Assembly: GCA_965203885.1 (NCBI GenBank)
Contig: OZ241920.1
Coordinates: forward strand, 3,231,970 to 3,295,969
Source of the DNA: a bacterium
GTDB taxonomy: Bacteria > JAAXHH01
Length of the DNA: 64,000 bases
Direction of reading: 5' to 3'
Shown here: positions 35,278 through 45,700 of the stretch, one piece after another
Numbering within the stretch: the stretch's first letter is position 1
How the letters are laid out: the number at the start of each line of letters is the position of its first letter
Position numbers and translations under genes: made by a program
Notes under the pieces: model-generated
What the model was told of the DNA's origin: nothing
The model's input: the letters and a program-made list of their open reading frames with translations, nothing else
Databases searched by the model: none

Positions 35278-36840
35278 ATGCCCCGCGACACGATTGAGCC
35301 GCCCGACGACGTGATTGAGCCGCCCGACGACGTGATTGAGCCGCCCCGCGTTCTGGCCATCGACATCGGCACGTCGTCCGTGCGGGCGATCCTGTTCGAC
35401 CGCATGGGCCGGATCGCGTCGCCGCCCTTTCAGAAAACCTACGACATGGAGACCACGCCGGACGGCGGGGCCTGTATCGACGCGGACCGCCTCGCGGACG
35501 TGGTGGGTTCGGTCCTCGACGATTTCTGCGCCGCGGGCGGACCTTCCGCGGGCGGATCAGCAACGGGCGGACCTGCAACGGGCGGACCTGCAACGATCGA
35601 CGGCGTGGCCATGACCACGTTCTGGCACAACGTGGTGGGCGTGGAGGGCGACCGCGCCGTGACCCCGCTGATCAGCTGGGCCGACACGCGGCCGGGGACG
35701 GTCATCGCCGAACTGGGCGGGCGCCTCGACGGCGCTTCGGCCCACGGCCGCACCGGGTGCGTGCTCCACGCGTCCTACCTGCCCGCCAAGATATGCTGGC
35801 TGGCCCGGAACGACCCCGACCTGTTCGCCCGGGTGGAACGCTGGATGTCCATCGGCGAATACCTCTTCCTCCGGTGGTTCGGCGCGCCGGCCTGCAGCGT
35901 TTCCATGGCGTCCGGCACGGGGTTGTTCAACGCGCACCGCTGCGACTGGGACGACGAGACGCTGGCCGCGCTGCCGGTGGAACGGGACCAGCTGACGCCC
36001 ATAAGCGACGTGGACGAGCCGGTCCTGGGCCTGAAGGACGAATTCGCGTCCCGCTGGCCGGTCCTGGCCGGCGCGCCCTGGTATCCCGCCATCGGCGACG
36101 GCGCCTGCAACAACATCGGCAGCGGATGCGTGGACGAGGGCCGTATCGCCCTGATGGTGGGCACTTCCGGCGCCATGCGGGTCATGCGGAGGGCCGAGGA
36201 GTTTACCATCCCCGAAGGCCTGTGGTGTTACCGGTCGGACCGCCGGAGGATCCTCATGGGCGGCGCCCTGAGCAACGGGGGGAACGTCTACGGCTGGATG
36301 CGCGACACGCTGCGCCTTGCCGGCGAGCAACGCGTCGAGCGGTACCTGGGCGGCATGGCGCCGGACAGCCACGGCCTCACGGTACTGCCCTTCTGGGCCG
36401 GCGAGCGCAGCCCGGGCTGGCACGACTCCGCCCGGGCGACCATCACGGGCATGACGCTGCACACCACGCCCCTGGACGTCATGCGGGCCAGCCTGGAGGC
36501 CACGGCCTACTGTTTCGCGAACATCCACGGCCGGCTGCGGTCGATCTGGGGAGATTCCGGCGAGATCGTCGCGTCGGGCGCGGGCCTGCTGCAGTCGCCC
36601 GTCTGGATGCAGATACTGGCCGACGTGCTGGAGCGGCCCATCACCGCCTCGGCCGTGACCGAGGCCTCGAGCCGCGGGGCCGCGCTGCTGGCGCTGGAGG
36701 CCTCCGGCGCGCTGGAGGACCTGTCCGCCGCGCCCGCCCCCATGGGGAAGACCTACGAACCGGAACCGGCGAACCGGGATGCCTACAGGGAAGCGGTGAA
36801 ACGGCAGCAGGATCTGTACGATATGATGATGGACAGTTGA
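35278..36840 (+). CDS. FGGY-family carbohydrate kinase (gluconokinase/xylulokinase-like)
   Basis: LAIDIGTSSVRAILFD N-terminal motif and FGGY C-domain. N-terminus has a PPDDVIEPPDDVIEPP duplication. Confidence 0.75.
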   Translation: MPRDTIEPPDDVIEPPDDVIEPPRVLAIDIGTSSVRAILFDRMGRIASPPFQKTYDMETTPDGGACIDADRLADVVGSVLDDFCAAGGPSAGGSATGGPATGGPATIDGVAMTTFWHNVVGVEGDRAVTPLISWADTRPGTVIAELGGRLDGASAHGRTGCVLHASYLPAKICWLARNDPDLFARVERWMSIGEYLFLRWFGAPACSVSMASGTGLFNAHRCDWDDETLAALPVERDQLTPISDVDEPVLGLKDEFASRWPVLAGAPWYPAIGDGACNNIGSGCVDEGRIALMVGTSGAMRVMRRAEEFTIPEGLWCYRSDRRRILMGGALSNGGNVYGWMRDTLRLAGEQRVERYLGGMAPDSHGLTVLPFWAGERSPGWHDSARATITGMTLHTTPLDVMRASLEATAYCFANIHGRLRSIWGDSGEIVASGAGLLQSPVWMQILADVLERPITASAVTEASSRGAALLALEASGALEDLSAAPAPMGKTYEPEPANRDAYREAVKRQQDLYDMMMDS

Positions 36841-37008
36841 AGGGCCGGGTTGTATCTTAGCGGGCGTCCGGACCCGGCGGACCTGGTTTTGACGGTCGCC
36901 CGGCCGCCCGGACGGTTACCCGACGCAACGAAATATCCACCCAGATTACCGGACTACAGCTTCCCGGACTGCAGGGAGCGAAAACCCGAATCGAAAAGGA
37001 CCCTGACC

Positions 37009-39075
37009 GTGTCAGTGAACGATCTCGAGCAACGCTGCATCAACACCATCCGCATGCTGGCCGTCGACGCCGTTCAGCAGGCCAACAGCGGCCACCCGGG
37101 CCTTCCCATGGAAGCCGCGCCCATCGCCTACGTGCTGTGGACGCGCATCATGCGGTACAATCCGAAGAATCCGGACTGGCCGGACCGGGATCGCTTCGTG
37201 CTCTCCGGCGGGCACGGTTCCATGCTGCTCTACGCCATGCTCCATCTCACCGGCTACGACCTGTCCCTCGACGAGATCAGGAACTTCCGGCAGTGGGAGA
37301 GCCAGACGCCCGGCCATCCCGAATACGGCGACACGCCCGGCGTGGAGACCACCACGGGTCCCCTCGGCCAGGGCATCTCCAACGCCGTGGGCATGGCCAT
37401 GGCCGAGGCCCACCTGGCGGCCCGGTACAACCGCGCCGGCCACGAGATCGTCAACCACCACACCTACGTCATCGCCAGCGACGGGGACATGATGGAGGGC
37501 GTCGCCTCCGAGGCCTGTTCCCTCGCGGGACACCTCGGACTCGGCCGGCTGATCGTCATCTACCTGGACAACAGCGTCACGATCGACGGCGGGACGGACC
37601 TGGCCTTTTCGGAGAATACGGGCCTGCGGTTCGACGCCTACGGCTGGCACGTACAGCGGGTCATGGACGGGAACGACCTGGCCCGGGTCGAAGCCGCGGT
37701 GGAAATGGCGCGGAACGAGACCGAACGGCCCTCGATCATCATCTGCCGCACGGTTATCGGCTACGGCAGCCCCAACAAGGCCGGCACATCCAAGGCCCAC
37801 GGCGAGCCCCTCGGCGCGGAAGAAGTGGAGCTGACAAAGCAGAACCTCGGCTGGCCGCAGTCGCCGAAGTTCCTGGTCCCCGATGACGTGCGCGCCTTCT
37901 TCCGGCAGATGGTCCTGTATGGAAAGGGATGGGAGCTGGCCTGGCGCCAGAAATTCGAGGCCTACGCGGCCCTGTTCCCCGGACTCGCGGAGACCTGGAA
38001 GCGGGCCATGGACGGCGAGCTGCCGGCGGGATGGGACGAGGACCTGCCGGCCTTCCCGGCCGACCAGGGGGACATGGCCACGCGGCAGGCGTCCGGCGTG
38101 ACCATCAACGCCCTGTCCCAGCGCATCCCGGGTCTGCTGGGCGGTTCGGCGGACCTGGCCGGGTCCAACAACACCATGGTGGAGGCCGAGACGAACTACG
38201 CCGCCGGGAACCACGGCGGCCGCAACCTGCACTTCGGCGTGCGCGAGCATGCCATGGCCGCCGCGCTCAACGGGATGGCGCTCCACGGCGGCCTGCGTCC
38301 CTACGCCGGCACGTTCCTCGTATTCTCGGACTACATGCGCCCGGCCATCCGCCTGGCGGCCCTGATGGGCATCGCGCCGGTCTACGTCTTCACCCACGAC
38401 AGCGTGGGACTGGGCGAGGACGGTCCGACCCACCAGCCCATCGAGCACTACATGGCGCTGCGGGCGATCCCCAACCTGACGCTGATCCGTCCCGCCGACG
38501 CGGCGGAGACCTCGGAAGCCTGGGTGGCGGCGCTGCGGCGCACGGACGGTCCCGTCGCCCTGGCGCTGACCCGGCAGAAGCTGCCCGTGCTGGACCGGGC
38601 GGGACTCGCATCCGCCGACGGCCTGCACCGGGGCGCCTACGTCCTTGCCGACGGGGACGGTAGCGGCGACGCGGCCGGTGACGGGGGCGGCGACGCGAGC
38701 GGCGACGCGGCCACCGACCCGGACGTGATCCTCATCGCCTCCGGTTCGGAAGTCTGCCTGGCCCTCGAGGCCCGGGACGCGCTGGCCGGCGAAGGGGTGG
38801 CCGCGCGCGTGGTCAGCATGCCGAGCTGGGAGCTGTTCGATGCGCAGAGCGCGGAATACCGGGAGTCCGTACTTCCGTCGTCGGTCACCGCGCGCCTCGC
38901 CATCGAACCGGGCGTCACGCTCGGCTGGGAGCGGTACGTGGGACCGCGGGGCGACGTCATCGGCCTGGAACGCTTCGGCGCCTCGGCCCCCTACGACGTC
39001 GTGTTCGAGCACCTGGGCTTCACCGCCGCCAACATCGCCGGCAGGGCGAAGGCGTTGGTTGCGGGCGCGGGATGA
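37009..39075 (+). CDS. tkt: Transketolase
   Basis: [22 protein letters not shown], thiamine-diphosphate and pyrimidine-binding blocks. GTG start at 37009 with AAGGA 8 nt upstream. Gly/Asp-rich insert near 38650-38720. Confidence 0.85.
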   Translation: MSVNDLEQRCINTIRMLAVDAVQQANSGHPGLPMEAAPIAYVLWTRIMRYNPKNPDWPDRDRFVLSGGHGSMLLYAMLHLTGYDLSLDEIRNFRQWESQTPGHPEYGDTPGVETTTGPLGQGISNAVGMAMAEAHLAARYNRAGHEIVNHHTYVIASDGDMMEGVASEACSLAGHLGLGRLIVIYLDNSVTIDGGTDLAFSENTGLRFDAYGWHVQRVMDGNDLARVEAAVEMARNETERPSIIICRTVIGYGSPNKAGTSKAHGEPLGAEEVELTKQNLGWPQSPKFLVPDDVRAFFRQMVLYGKGWELAWRQKFEAYAALFPGLAETWKRAMDGELPAGWDEDLPAFPADQGDMATRQASGVTINALSQRIPGLLGGSADLAGSNNTMVEAETNYAAGNHGGRNLHFGVREHAMAAALNGMALHGGLRPYAGTFLVFSDYMRPAIRLAALMGIAPVYVFTHDSVGLGEDGPTHQPIEHYMALRAIPNLTLIRPADAAETSEAWVAALRRTDGPVALALTRQKLPVLDRAGLASADGLHRGAYVLADGDGSGDAAGDGGGDASGDAATDPDVILIASGSEVCLALEARDALAGEGVAARVVSMPSWELFDAQSAEYRESVLPSSVTARLAIEPGVTLGWERYVGPRGDVIGLERFGASAPYDVVFEHLGFTAANIAGRAKALVAGAG

Positions 39076-39186
39076 CCGGCAAGCGCGTAACCGCAAGGCG
39101 CCTCTGACGACCGCCGAAATCGCGTGGCCGTCAGGCGGTGACCACAGGCGTTGGTTGCGGGCGCGAGATGATCAGGACCCGGCTTA

Positions 39187-40191
39187 CTAAAACCCCACCT
39201 CTTTAAACACCTCCAGCGGTAATTCCTTCTCCAGGTCCTTGAAGTACTGGTAGTTGGTATCGACTACCCGGTAACCCATATTCGTGTACAGGAGAATCGG
39301 CCGGGGGCTGCCCGTGTTCGCCTGGGTAGTCGCGTGCCGGTACCCGAGCCGGCGCATCTCCCGCAGCAGGATCTCCATCATGTACCGTCCGAAGCCCTTC
39401 CCCTGCTCCCCCTCGCTCACCCTTCCGCCCACCGGGCTGCCTTCGATGGAGAACCAGGGGATGTAGAAAGTTTCCTGCGCTTCGGGCGCCCGGCAGAAAT
39501 CACCGAGCGACTGGGCGAACCCCTGCCCGATGCACTGATCTCCGCGGAAGAGCTGGAACTCCATGTTGGGCAGCCTGCCCCGGCCGGGCCTGGTTTCGAA
39601 GCGCGGGGTCACTCCGGCATCCGGCAGTTCGGGGTCCGGAACGGAAAAATCCGGGAGTTCGAGGAGGATGATGCCGCGTGTTATGCGGTAATCGTTCATG
39701 CTGAACAGGGCGCCCACGTGGCCCATCCTGTCGGACTGGAACCCGTGGCAGAAGCGGTAGAACCGGTAGCCGAAGTAGCTGAAGGCCCGTATCTGGCTTA
39801 TGCCGAACCCCCGCAAATGGGCTTCCGCCGCTTCCAGGAGCGCCTGGCCCGCCGGCCGCGCCCCCGCCCGGTAGTGGAAGAACCGGATGAGGCCGATCCG
39901 GTCCTTCAGCAGTTCCTCGATGGGATGGAGCCCGACGCGGTCGTACTCCTCGCCCTTGCGGCAGACGGCCACGTGGGCGAATCCCGCGACGGCGCCGTCG
40001 TCGTCTTCCGCCACCAGGAAGGACTCGTCCGAAAGGTCCTCGTAGGGTTCGTCCCTTTCTTCGTGCCAGCGGACCCCGGTCTCGAATTCATCCGACGAGA
40101 CGGGGTAGCAATACGGCATGGCCGCGAACTGATCGTTGTAGAAATCCTTTAATTCGGACGCCTGTTCGATTTCGAGGGACTTGATTTTCAT
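39187..40191 (-). CDS. GNAT-family N-acetyltransferase (two tandem GNAT-like halves)
   Basis: Acetyl-CoA-binding-like segments in both halves. ATG at 40191 with an AAGGAA Shine-Dalgarno. Confidence 0.55.
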   Translation of the reverse strand: MKIKSLEIEQASELKDFYNDQFAAMPYCYPVSSDEFETGVRWHEERDEPYEDLSDESFLVAEDDDGAVAGFAHVAVCRKGEEYDRVGLHPIEELLKDRIGLIRFFHYRAGARPAGQALLEAAEAHLRGFGISQIRAFSYFGYRFYRFCHGFQSDRMGHVGALFSMNDYRITRGIILLELPDFSVPDPELPDAGVTPRFETRPGRGRLPNMEFQLFRGDQCIGQGFAQSLGDFCRAPEAQETFYIPWFSIEGSPVGGRVSEGEQGKGFGRYMMEILLREMRRLGYRHATTQANTGSPRPILLYTNMGYRVVDTNYQYFKDLEKELPLEVFKEVGF

Positions 40192-40397
40192 GGTTGAGGG
40201 TTCCTTGCCTGGGGAGATGGCTGCGCCTGTCGGGGAACTAAACAGGTACGCAACGGACGTGTTCGTAGGAGTGCTTAACTCATTCGCATCCGGATGCATT
40301 GGGATACGGGGGGCATAGAGAGCATTGGGGGTAAGTTAACCGATTTTACAGATAATATCGTTAATGGATACCTTAAATGCGAGATAATTCACATAAT

Positions 40398-40434
40398 TTT
40401 GACAATAACACGTGAATGAGTTAATTTCCATTTC
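40398..40434 (+). promoter_or_regulatory. Promoter-like TTGACA-N17-TAATTT only a few nt before the fic ATG (near-leaderless)
   Basis: Perfect -35 hexamer; -10 is 3-4/6. The region is flanked by a perfect 11-bp inverted repeat TTAACTCATTC (40275-40288) / GAATGAGTTAA (40413-40427). Confidence 0.3.
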
Positions 40435-41364
40435 ATGGCCACGACCAGACCGATGAAAAACCGCATCCATTCGCTCAAACGTGAATACGATACCCTGCGC
40501 AAAGGCAAGGATTCGCTCCTGTCCATGATCGACGAAGTGGAGATTGCCGAGAGCGTATACAACTCGAACGCCATTGAGAATTCAACGCTGTCGCTGGAGG
40601 AGACGGAGCGGATCCTTTTGGAACAAGCCCTGTCCCGTAATGTATCCATTCGTGAAGTCTTCGAGGCGAAAAACCTTGCCCGGGTCATGGAGTACAAGCG
40701 GACCGCGGCGAAAGACAGCGAGTTGAGCGAAACCCTGATTCTGCGGCTCCATCAGATGCTGATGGGCGGTATCGACGATTCCATCGCCGGACGTTTTCGG
40801 CGGCGGGGCGAATACGTTCGAGTGGGGACGCACATTGCGCCGGCGCCCGAGCACGTGGAACGCATGATGGAAAACATCCTGATCGACTACGTCAGCGACC
40901 TGGATGCCTACTTTCTAGATAAGATCGCGCTTTTCCATCTGGATTTCGAATACATCCATCCATTCTGCGATGGGAACGGCAGACTGGGGCGTGTCATCAT
41001 GAATTTCCAGCTCCTGCAACTCGGTCTGCCCCGTATTATCATACGCAATTCGGAGAAGGAGAGGTACTACCAGGCTTTCAGGGAATTCGGGGAAGGCGCT
41101 TCGACCAGGACCATGGAAAGCATCGTCTTCCTCGGGCTTTTGGAATCATTGCACAAACGATTGAGTTACTTGAGAGGCGCGGAGATCATCCGGCTGTCGG
41201 AATACATCAGGCGCAACCGCCTGTCGGCTCCGGCAATTACGAACGCCGCCCGGCGGCAGACCATTCCCGCGTTTCGCGAAAAGGGGGTCTGGAAGATCGC
41301 AAGAGAATACGAACATAATCCGCACCGCCACCACACGACCAGAGAGGAACCTCATCCATGTTGA
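40435..41364 (+). CDS. Fic/Doc-family protein (AMPylator-type) in an AT-rich island
   Basis: Canonical HPFCDGNGRLGR Fic motif. N-terminal TLSLEE resembles an inhibitory-helix motif. Local GC is about 50% versus about 67% backbone. Confidence 0.8.
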   Translation: MATTRPMKNRIHSLKREYDTLRKGKDSLLSMIDEVEIAESVYNSNAIENSTLSLEETERILLEQALSRNVSIREVFEAKNLARVMEYKRTAAKDSELSETLILRLHQMLMGGIDDSIAGRFRRRGEYVRVGTHIAPAPEHVERMMENILIDYVSDLDAYFLDKIALFHLDFEYIHPFCDGNGRLGRVIMNFQLLQLGLPRIIIRNSEKERYYQAFREFGEGASTRTMESIVFLGLLESLHKRLSYLRGAEIIRLSEYIRRNRLSAPAITNAARRQTIPAFREKGVWKIAREYEHNPHRHHTTREEPHPC

Positions 41365-42656
41365 CGATACCACGATTCCGCGCCCTGCTTCCGCTGCTTG
41401 CGGCGGTGCTCTTCTTCCTCGCGGGTTCGCCCGCCGCGCCGCGGGCCTTCGCCCAGTCCTTTGCTCCCGCCGGCCCGGAAGAGGCGGGCGTCTCTTCCGA
41501 ACGGCTCGCCCGGATCGACGCGGCGCTTGAAGCGTACGTCGAGGAGGAAAAACTGCCGGGCGCCGCGCTCGTGATCGGCCGGCGCGGGCACGTGGTCTAC
41601 GCCAGGGCCTTCGGCTACCGGGACCGCGAGGCGGGGGATCCGCTCGAGATGACGGACCTCTTCCGCATCGCTTCGCAGACCAAGGCGGTCGTTTCGGTGG
41701 GCGTGATGATCCTGCAGGAGCAGGGTCGCCTGCTGATCGACCAGGACCTGGCCGACTTCATCCCCGAATTCGACAGCACGACCGTCGCCGTCAAAAACGA
41801 GGACGGGGGCTTCGAGGCGGTTCCCGCCGAGCGCAACATCACGGTGCGCGACTTGCTCACGCACACCGCCGGCATCGGGTACGGGTGGGGGCCGGGCGCC
41901 GAGCGCTGGGAGGAGGCCGGCATCGTGGGCTGGTATTTCGCCGACCGCGACGAGCCGATCGCCGACACCGTGGAGCGCATGGGAAGTCTGCCCATGGACG
42001 CCCAGCCGGGCGAGGCCTTCGTGTACGGCTACGCCACGGATATCCTGGGCGTGGTGATCGAGCGGGCATCGGGCATGGCGCTGGACGCCTTCCTGCGGGC
42101 CGAGATCCTCGAGCCGCTGGGCATGGTGGACACGCACTTCTACGTGCCGCCGGAGCAGGCGGACCGGCTCACCGTCGTGTACTCGGTGACGGAGGAAAGC
42201 GGGATGGAGCGCGCGCCCGATCCGGGCCACATGGTCGGGCAGGGCATGTATCTGGAGGGCCCGCGCAAGAGCTTCTCGGGCGGCGCGGGGCTCGTCTCCA
42301 CGCCGATGGACTACGCCCGCTTCCTCGAAGCGCTCCGGCGCGGCGGCGCGCTCGACGGCGCGCGCATCCTGTCGCCCAAGACCGTGGAGCTCATGACCGT
42401 CGACCACGTCCACGATGCCTGGCAGGGCGACGGCGGCGGCTTCGGCTTGGGGTTCGGCATTACCGAGGAGATCGGCTGGAGCGGGTTGCCGGGTTCACCG
42501 GGTGCATACGCCTGGGGAGGGGCCTACCACTCCACGTACTGGGTCGATCCGGCCGAAGAGCTGGTGGTTTCGTACATGACGCAGGTCATCCCCGCCCAGG
42601 GACTCGACGACCACCAGCGGCTCCGCGCGCTCGTCTACCAGGCGCTGGTGGACTGA
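41358..42656 (+). CDS. Secreted serine hydrolase of the class C beta-lactamase / penicillin-binding-protein-like family
   Basis: Signal peptide; SxxK motif ASQTK. Family 3 beta-lactamase fold. Confidence 0.75.
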   Translation: MLTIPRFRALLPLLAAVLFFLAGSPAAPRAFAQSFAPAGPEEAGVSSERLARIDAALEAYVEEEKLPGAALVIGRRGHVVYARAFGYRDREAGDPLEMTDLFRIASQTKAVVSVGVMILQEQGRLLIDQDLADFIPEFDSTTVAVKNEDGGFEAVPAERNITVRDLLTHTAGIGYGWGPGAERWEEAGIVGWYFADRDEPIADTVERMGSLPMDAQPGEAFVYGYATDILGVVIERASGMALDAFLRAEILEPLGMVDTHFYVPPEQADRLTVVYSVTEESGMERAPDPGHMVGQGMYLEGPRKSFSGGAGLVSTPMDYARFLEALRRGGALDGARILSPKTVELMTVDHVHDAWQGDGGGFGLGFGITEEIGWSGLPGSPGAYAWGGAYHSTYWVDPAEELVVSYMTQVIPAQGLDDHQRLRALVYQALVD

Positions 42657-42710
42657 GCGGGATATACGGGCCATCGTGCCGGCCGCCTCCCTGGTCATTC
42701 GGCTACCTGG

Positions 42711-45700
42711 CTACCGGAACCTCCAGTTCAGGATGACGTCCAGTCCGGGTTCCGGTATCACCCGCCTGGCCGACGGCAACGACACATCGGAACCCGGCCC
42801 ATCATTCAGCAGTCCCCGCACCGCGCCGGATGCAGGATCCAGCAACAAGACCGCCACCGGGTCATCTCGCCCGTTCAGCGCAACGACACCCTCCGGACCG
42901 GAAAACGTGATCCGTTCCAGCCGCTCCGACCAGTCCCGTCGTATCGGTAGAGCGAAAGCGAAGGCACCTCCCTCGCCGTCCCCGATCTCGGCCATGCCGA
43001 AGGACAGGCTGAACAGCGTACGGCCGTCCGTGGCGGTACCGGTGATCCGGTAGGGACCGTCCAGTCGCGATGTATAAGGAACCGCGTCGACCACGAAAGC
43101 GGGTTCGAGGACCGGGTCACCCATTTCGTTTACGCCGCCCCACAGCAACAGGCTCGGCGCGTTGAAATTGGAAGCCGTAGCCAGAGAAGCTTCCTGGAAG
43201 AGGCGGTACCCGGCGGCCTTGGTGAAATGGTAGTCGCTTATCCATCGGGGATCGCAGTACGTCATCAGGTCCGGGGTGTCCGGGCTGACCAGCGTCCCAT
43301 CCAGCAGATCATACCCCCAGTTCCCGATGGATCCATCGCTCTGTGGAAAGTCGGGATCGGGTCCCACGACACTTCCGCAGGGGGCGTGCAGAAGATTGAA
43401 ATTGTGGCCCAGTTCATGGGCGATCGTCGGTCCATGGAGAACCGAAATAGACACGTTCCCGGGCAACAAGCCCCACCCGGCCCCGTTTCTGAGCACGCCC
43501 ATGTAGTGTCCGCTCGCGCCTTCCATGGTGCTTATCATGGTAGTCAAACGGATCAATTCATTATGGTTTTCCCACGAGGGGTCGACCGATATCGACACGG
43601 GGTCGTGCACGTGAAGCTCGATTTCCTTCACGGGCAAAAGGTCGCGCGTATATCGGAACAGGCCGGAATCCTCCGTCAACCCCTCCAGCCGCATCAGGAT
43701 CGATCGGTCGGGATGTTCGGTCCAGAGAAAGGGAATCATGGTAAGCTTGAGGGGCGGTACTTCCCGCACGTCGAGCACCATACGACCGGAGGACGGCAGG
43801 CGGCCGGCGATGCCGAGAGCGGGATCGGTCGCGCCGTCAGGATCGATCTCGACAACCATTTCCGCGCCGGGCGCCAGGACCCTTCCCGGCACCGGCGCAT
43901 TTGCCGAAGCGGAAAGGTCTCCCTCGTCGATCTGTTGCGGAATGGAGACGCCCCCGCCAGGGATGTCCGTGGAGAACACCTCGGCACCGTCCTGGTAGAA
44001 AGTGGCCCGGACGAGGGGCATGGACACGTCGGCGTCCGTATCCCGCGTGACGAACACGCGCAGCAGCGCGTCCTTGCCGGCGACCAGGGGCACCGGGTAA
44101 TCCAACGACTGCGTCGCCTGCGTCAGGTACGCCGTCATCCCGGCGTCGCCATCGACACATAAGGCAACCCGGCTGTTCGGTATCGTCCGCAACCAGTCCT
44201 GGAATCCAGGGTCCGCCGGTGCGCATAACCCCGTTCCGTCGAGCAGCAAATCATCCAGGCCGAGTCGGGTCAGCGTCAACGGCAATGCACCGGACATTCC
44301 CGTGTTTTCCGTAAGACCCAGCGTCTTTAGTTCGGCAAGATCTCCCAGGCTCCGCGGCACATTACCGGAAAGCTGGTTGTGCGAAAGCCGTAAGACCTCC
44401 AGTTTTTCGAGTCGCCCGATTTCCGTCGGAATCATCCCGGTTAACAGGTTGTGATCGAGCGATAGAAACACCAGGCTGCCCAGATCTCCGATTTCAGGCG
44501 GGATCTCACCATCCAGCCGGTTGTTACCGAGTTCCAGGTCTTCGAGCCTGCCAAGCCGCCCGATTTCCGCGGGAATCGAACCGGTCAGGCTGTTATCGCT
44601 GAGATGTAGAATCTCCAGTTCCTGTAGTTGTCCGATTTCCGGAGGGATCGGCCCCGTCAGGTTATTGTGATCAAACGTGAGGCGGCTGAGCTGCTTGAGT
44701 TGTCCGAGTTCGGGCGGGATCGGCCCTTCCAACTTGTTCTCAGTTAGAAACAGAATCCAAAGGATGGAAAGCCGTCCGATTTCCGGTGGAATCATTCCCG
44801 TCAGGAAATTGCGGTGCAGAGACAGGTTCTTAAGCTTGCCGAGTTGTCCGAGTTCGGGAGGGATCGGCCCCGATAACCTGTTCTGGTGAAGGTCCAGTGA
44901 ACGCAGGTTGCCAAGTTGACCCAGTGACGCGGGTATCGATCCGGATAGCCTGTTCTCGGCGAGCAACAGGGCATCCAGGTATTCAAGCCGTCCAAGTACC
45001 GGCGGGATTTCTCCCGTCAACTGGTTCTTGTAGAGAGACAGCGCCACGAGGTTGGTCAGCTGGCCCAGTTCCGGTGGTATCGAACCCGTAAGCTCGTTGA
45101 AGCTCAGCACGAGGAACCGGAGCTTTGCGAGTTGCCCGAGTTGCGGAGGAACGGCCCCTGTCAGTTGGTTATCCGTCAGCAGCAGGGATTCCAGGTCGCC
45201 CAGCTGCTGAAGATCCGGCGGGATGGTACCCGAGATCTGGTTTTCGCCGAGATCGAGATACCGGAGTTGTACGAGTTGTCCCAATTCCAACGGTATGGTT
45301 CCCCGGAGGTTGTTGGCCTTCAAAATGAGCTCGATCACCTGTCCGTCGGCATTGGTCGTCACCCCATGCCAGCTTCCCAGCGGTTCGTCGCTCAGCCAGT
45401 TCGCGCGGCGGTGCCAACCCGGTCCATTCATGCTGTTGTAAAGAACGGACAAAGGGTAGTAATCCCTTCGGGGGTCGGTGCATTCGTCGACGGTCGCGTT
45501 CGAAATCCCGCCAATCCATTGCTCGAACACCTGGACCGGTGGAGCGCACAGTTGCGTCCCTTCCAGATCCAGATCATCAAGGGCAAGTTTCGTGAGCGCA
45601 TGAGGCAAGGCGCCGGAAAGGCCCGGGTTGAACGAGAGATTCAGCGTTCGAAGTGCCGTAATGTCGCTCAACTGGCTGGATATCGATCCGTTCAGGTTAT

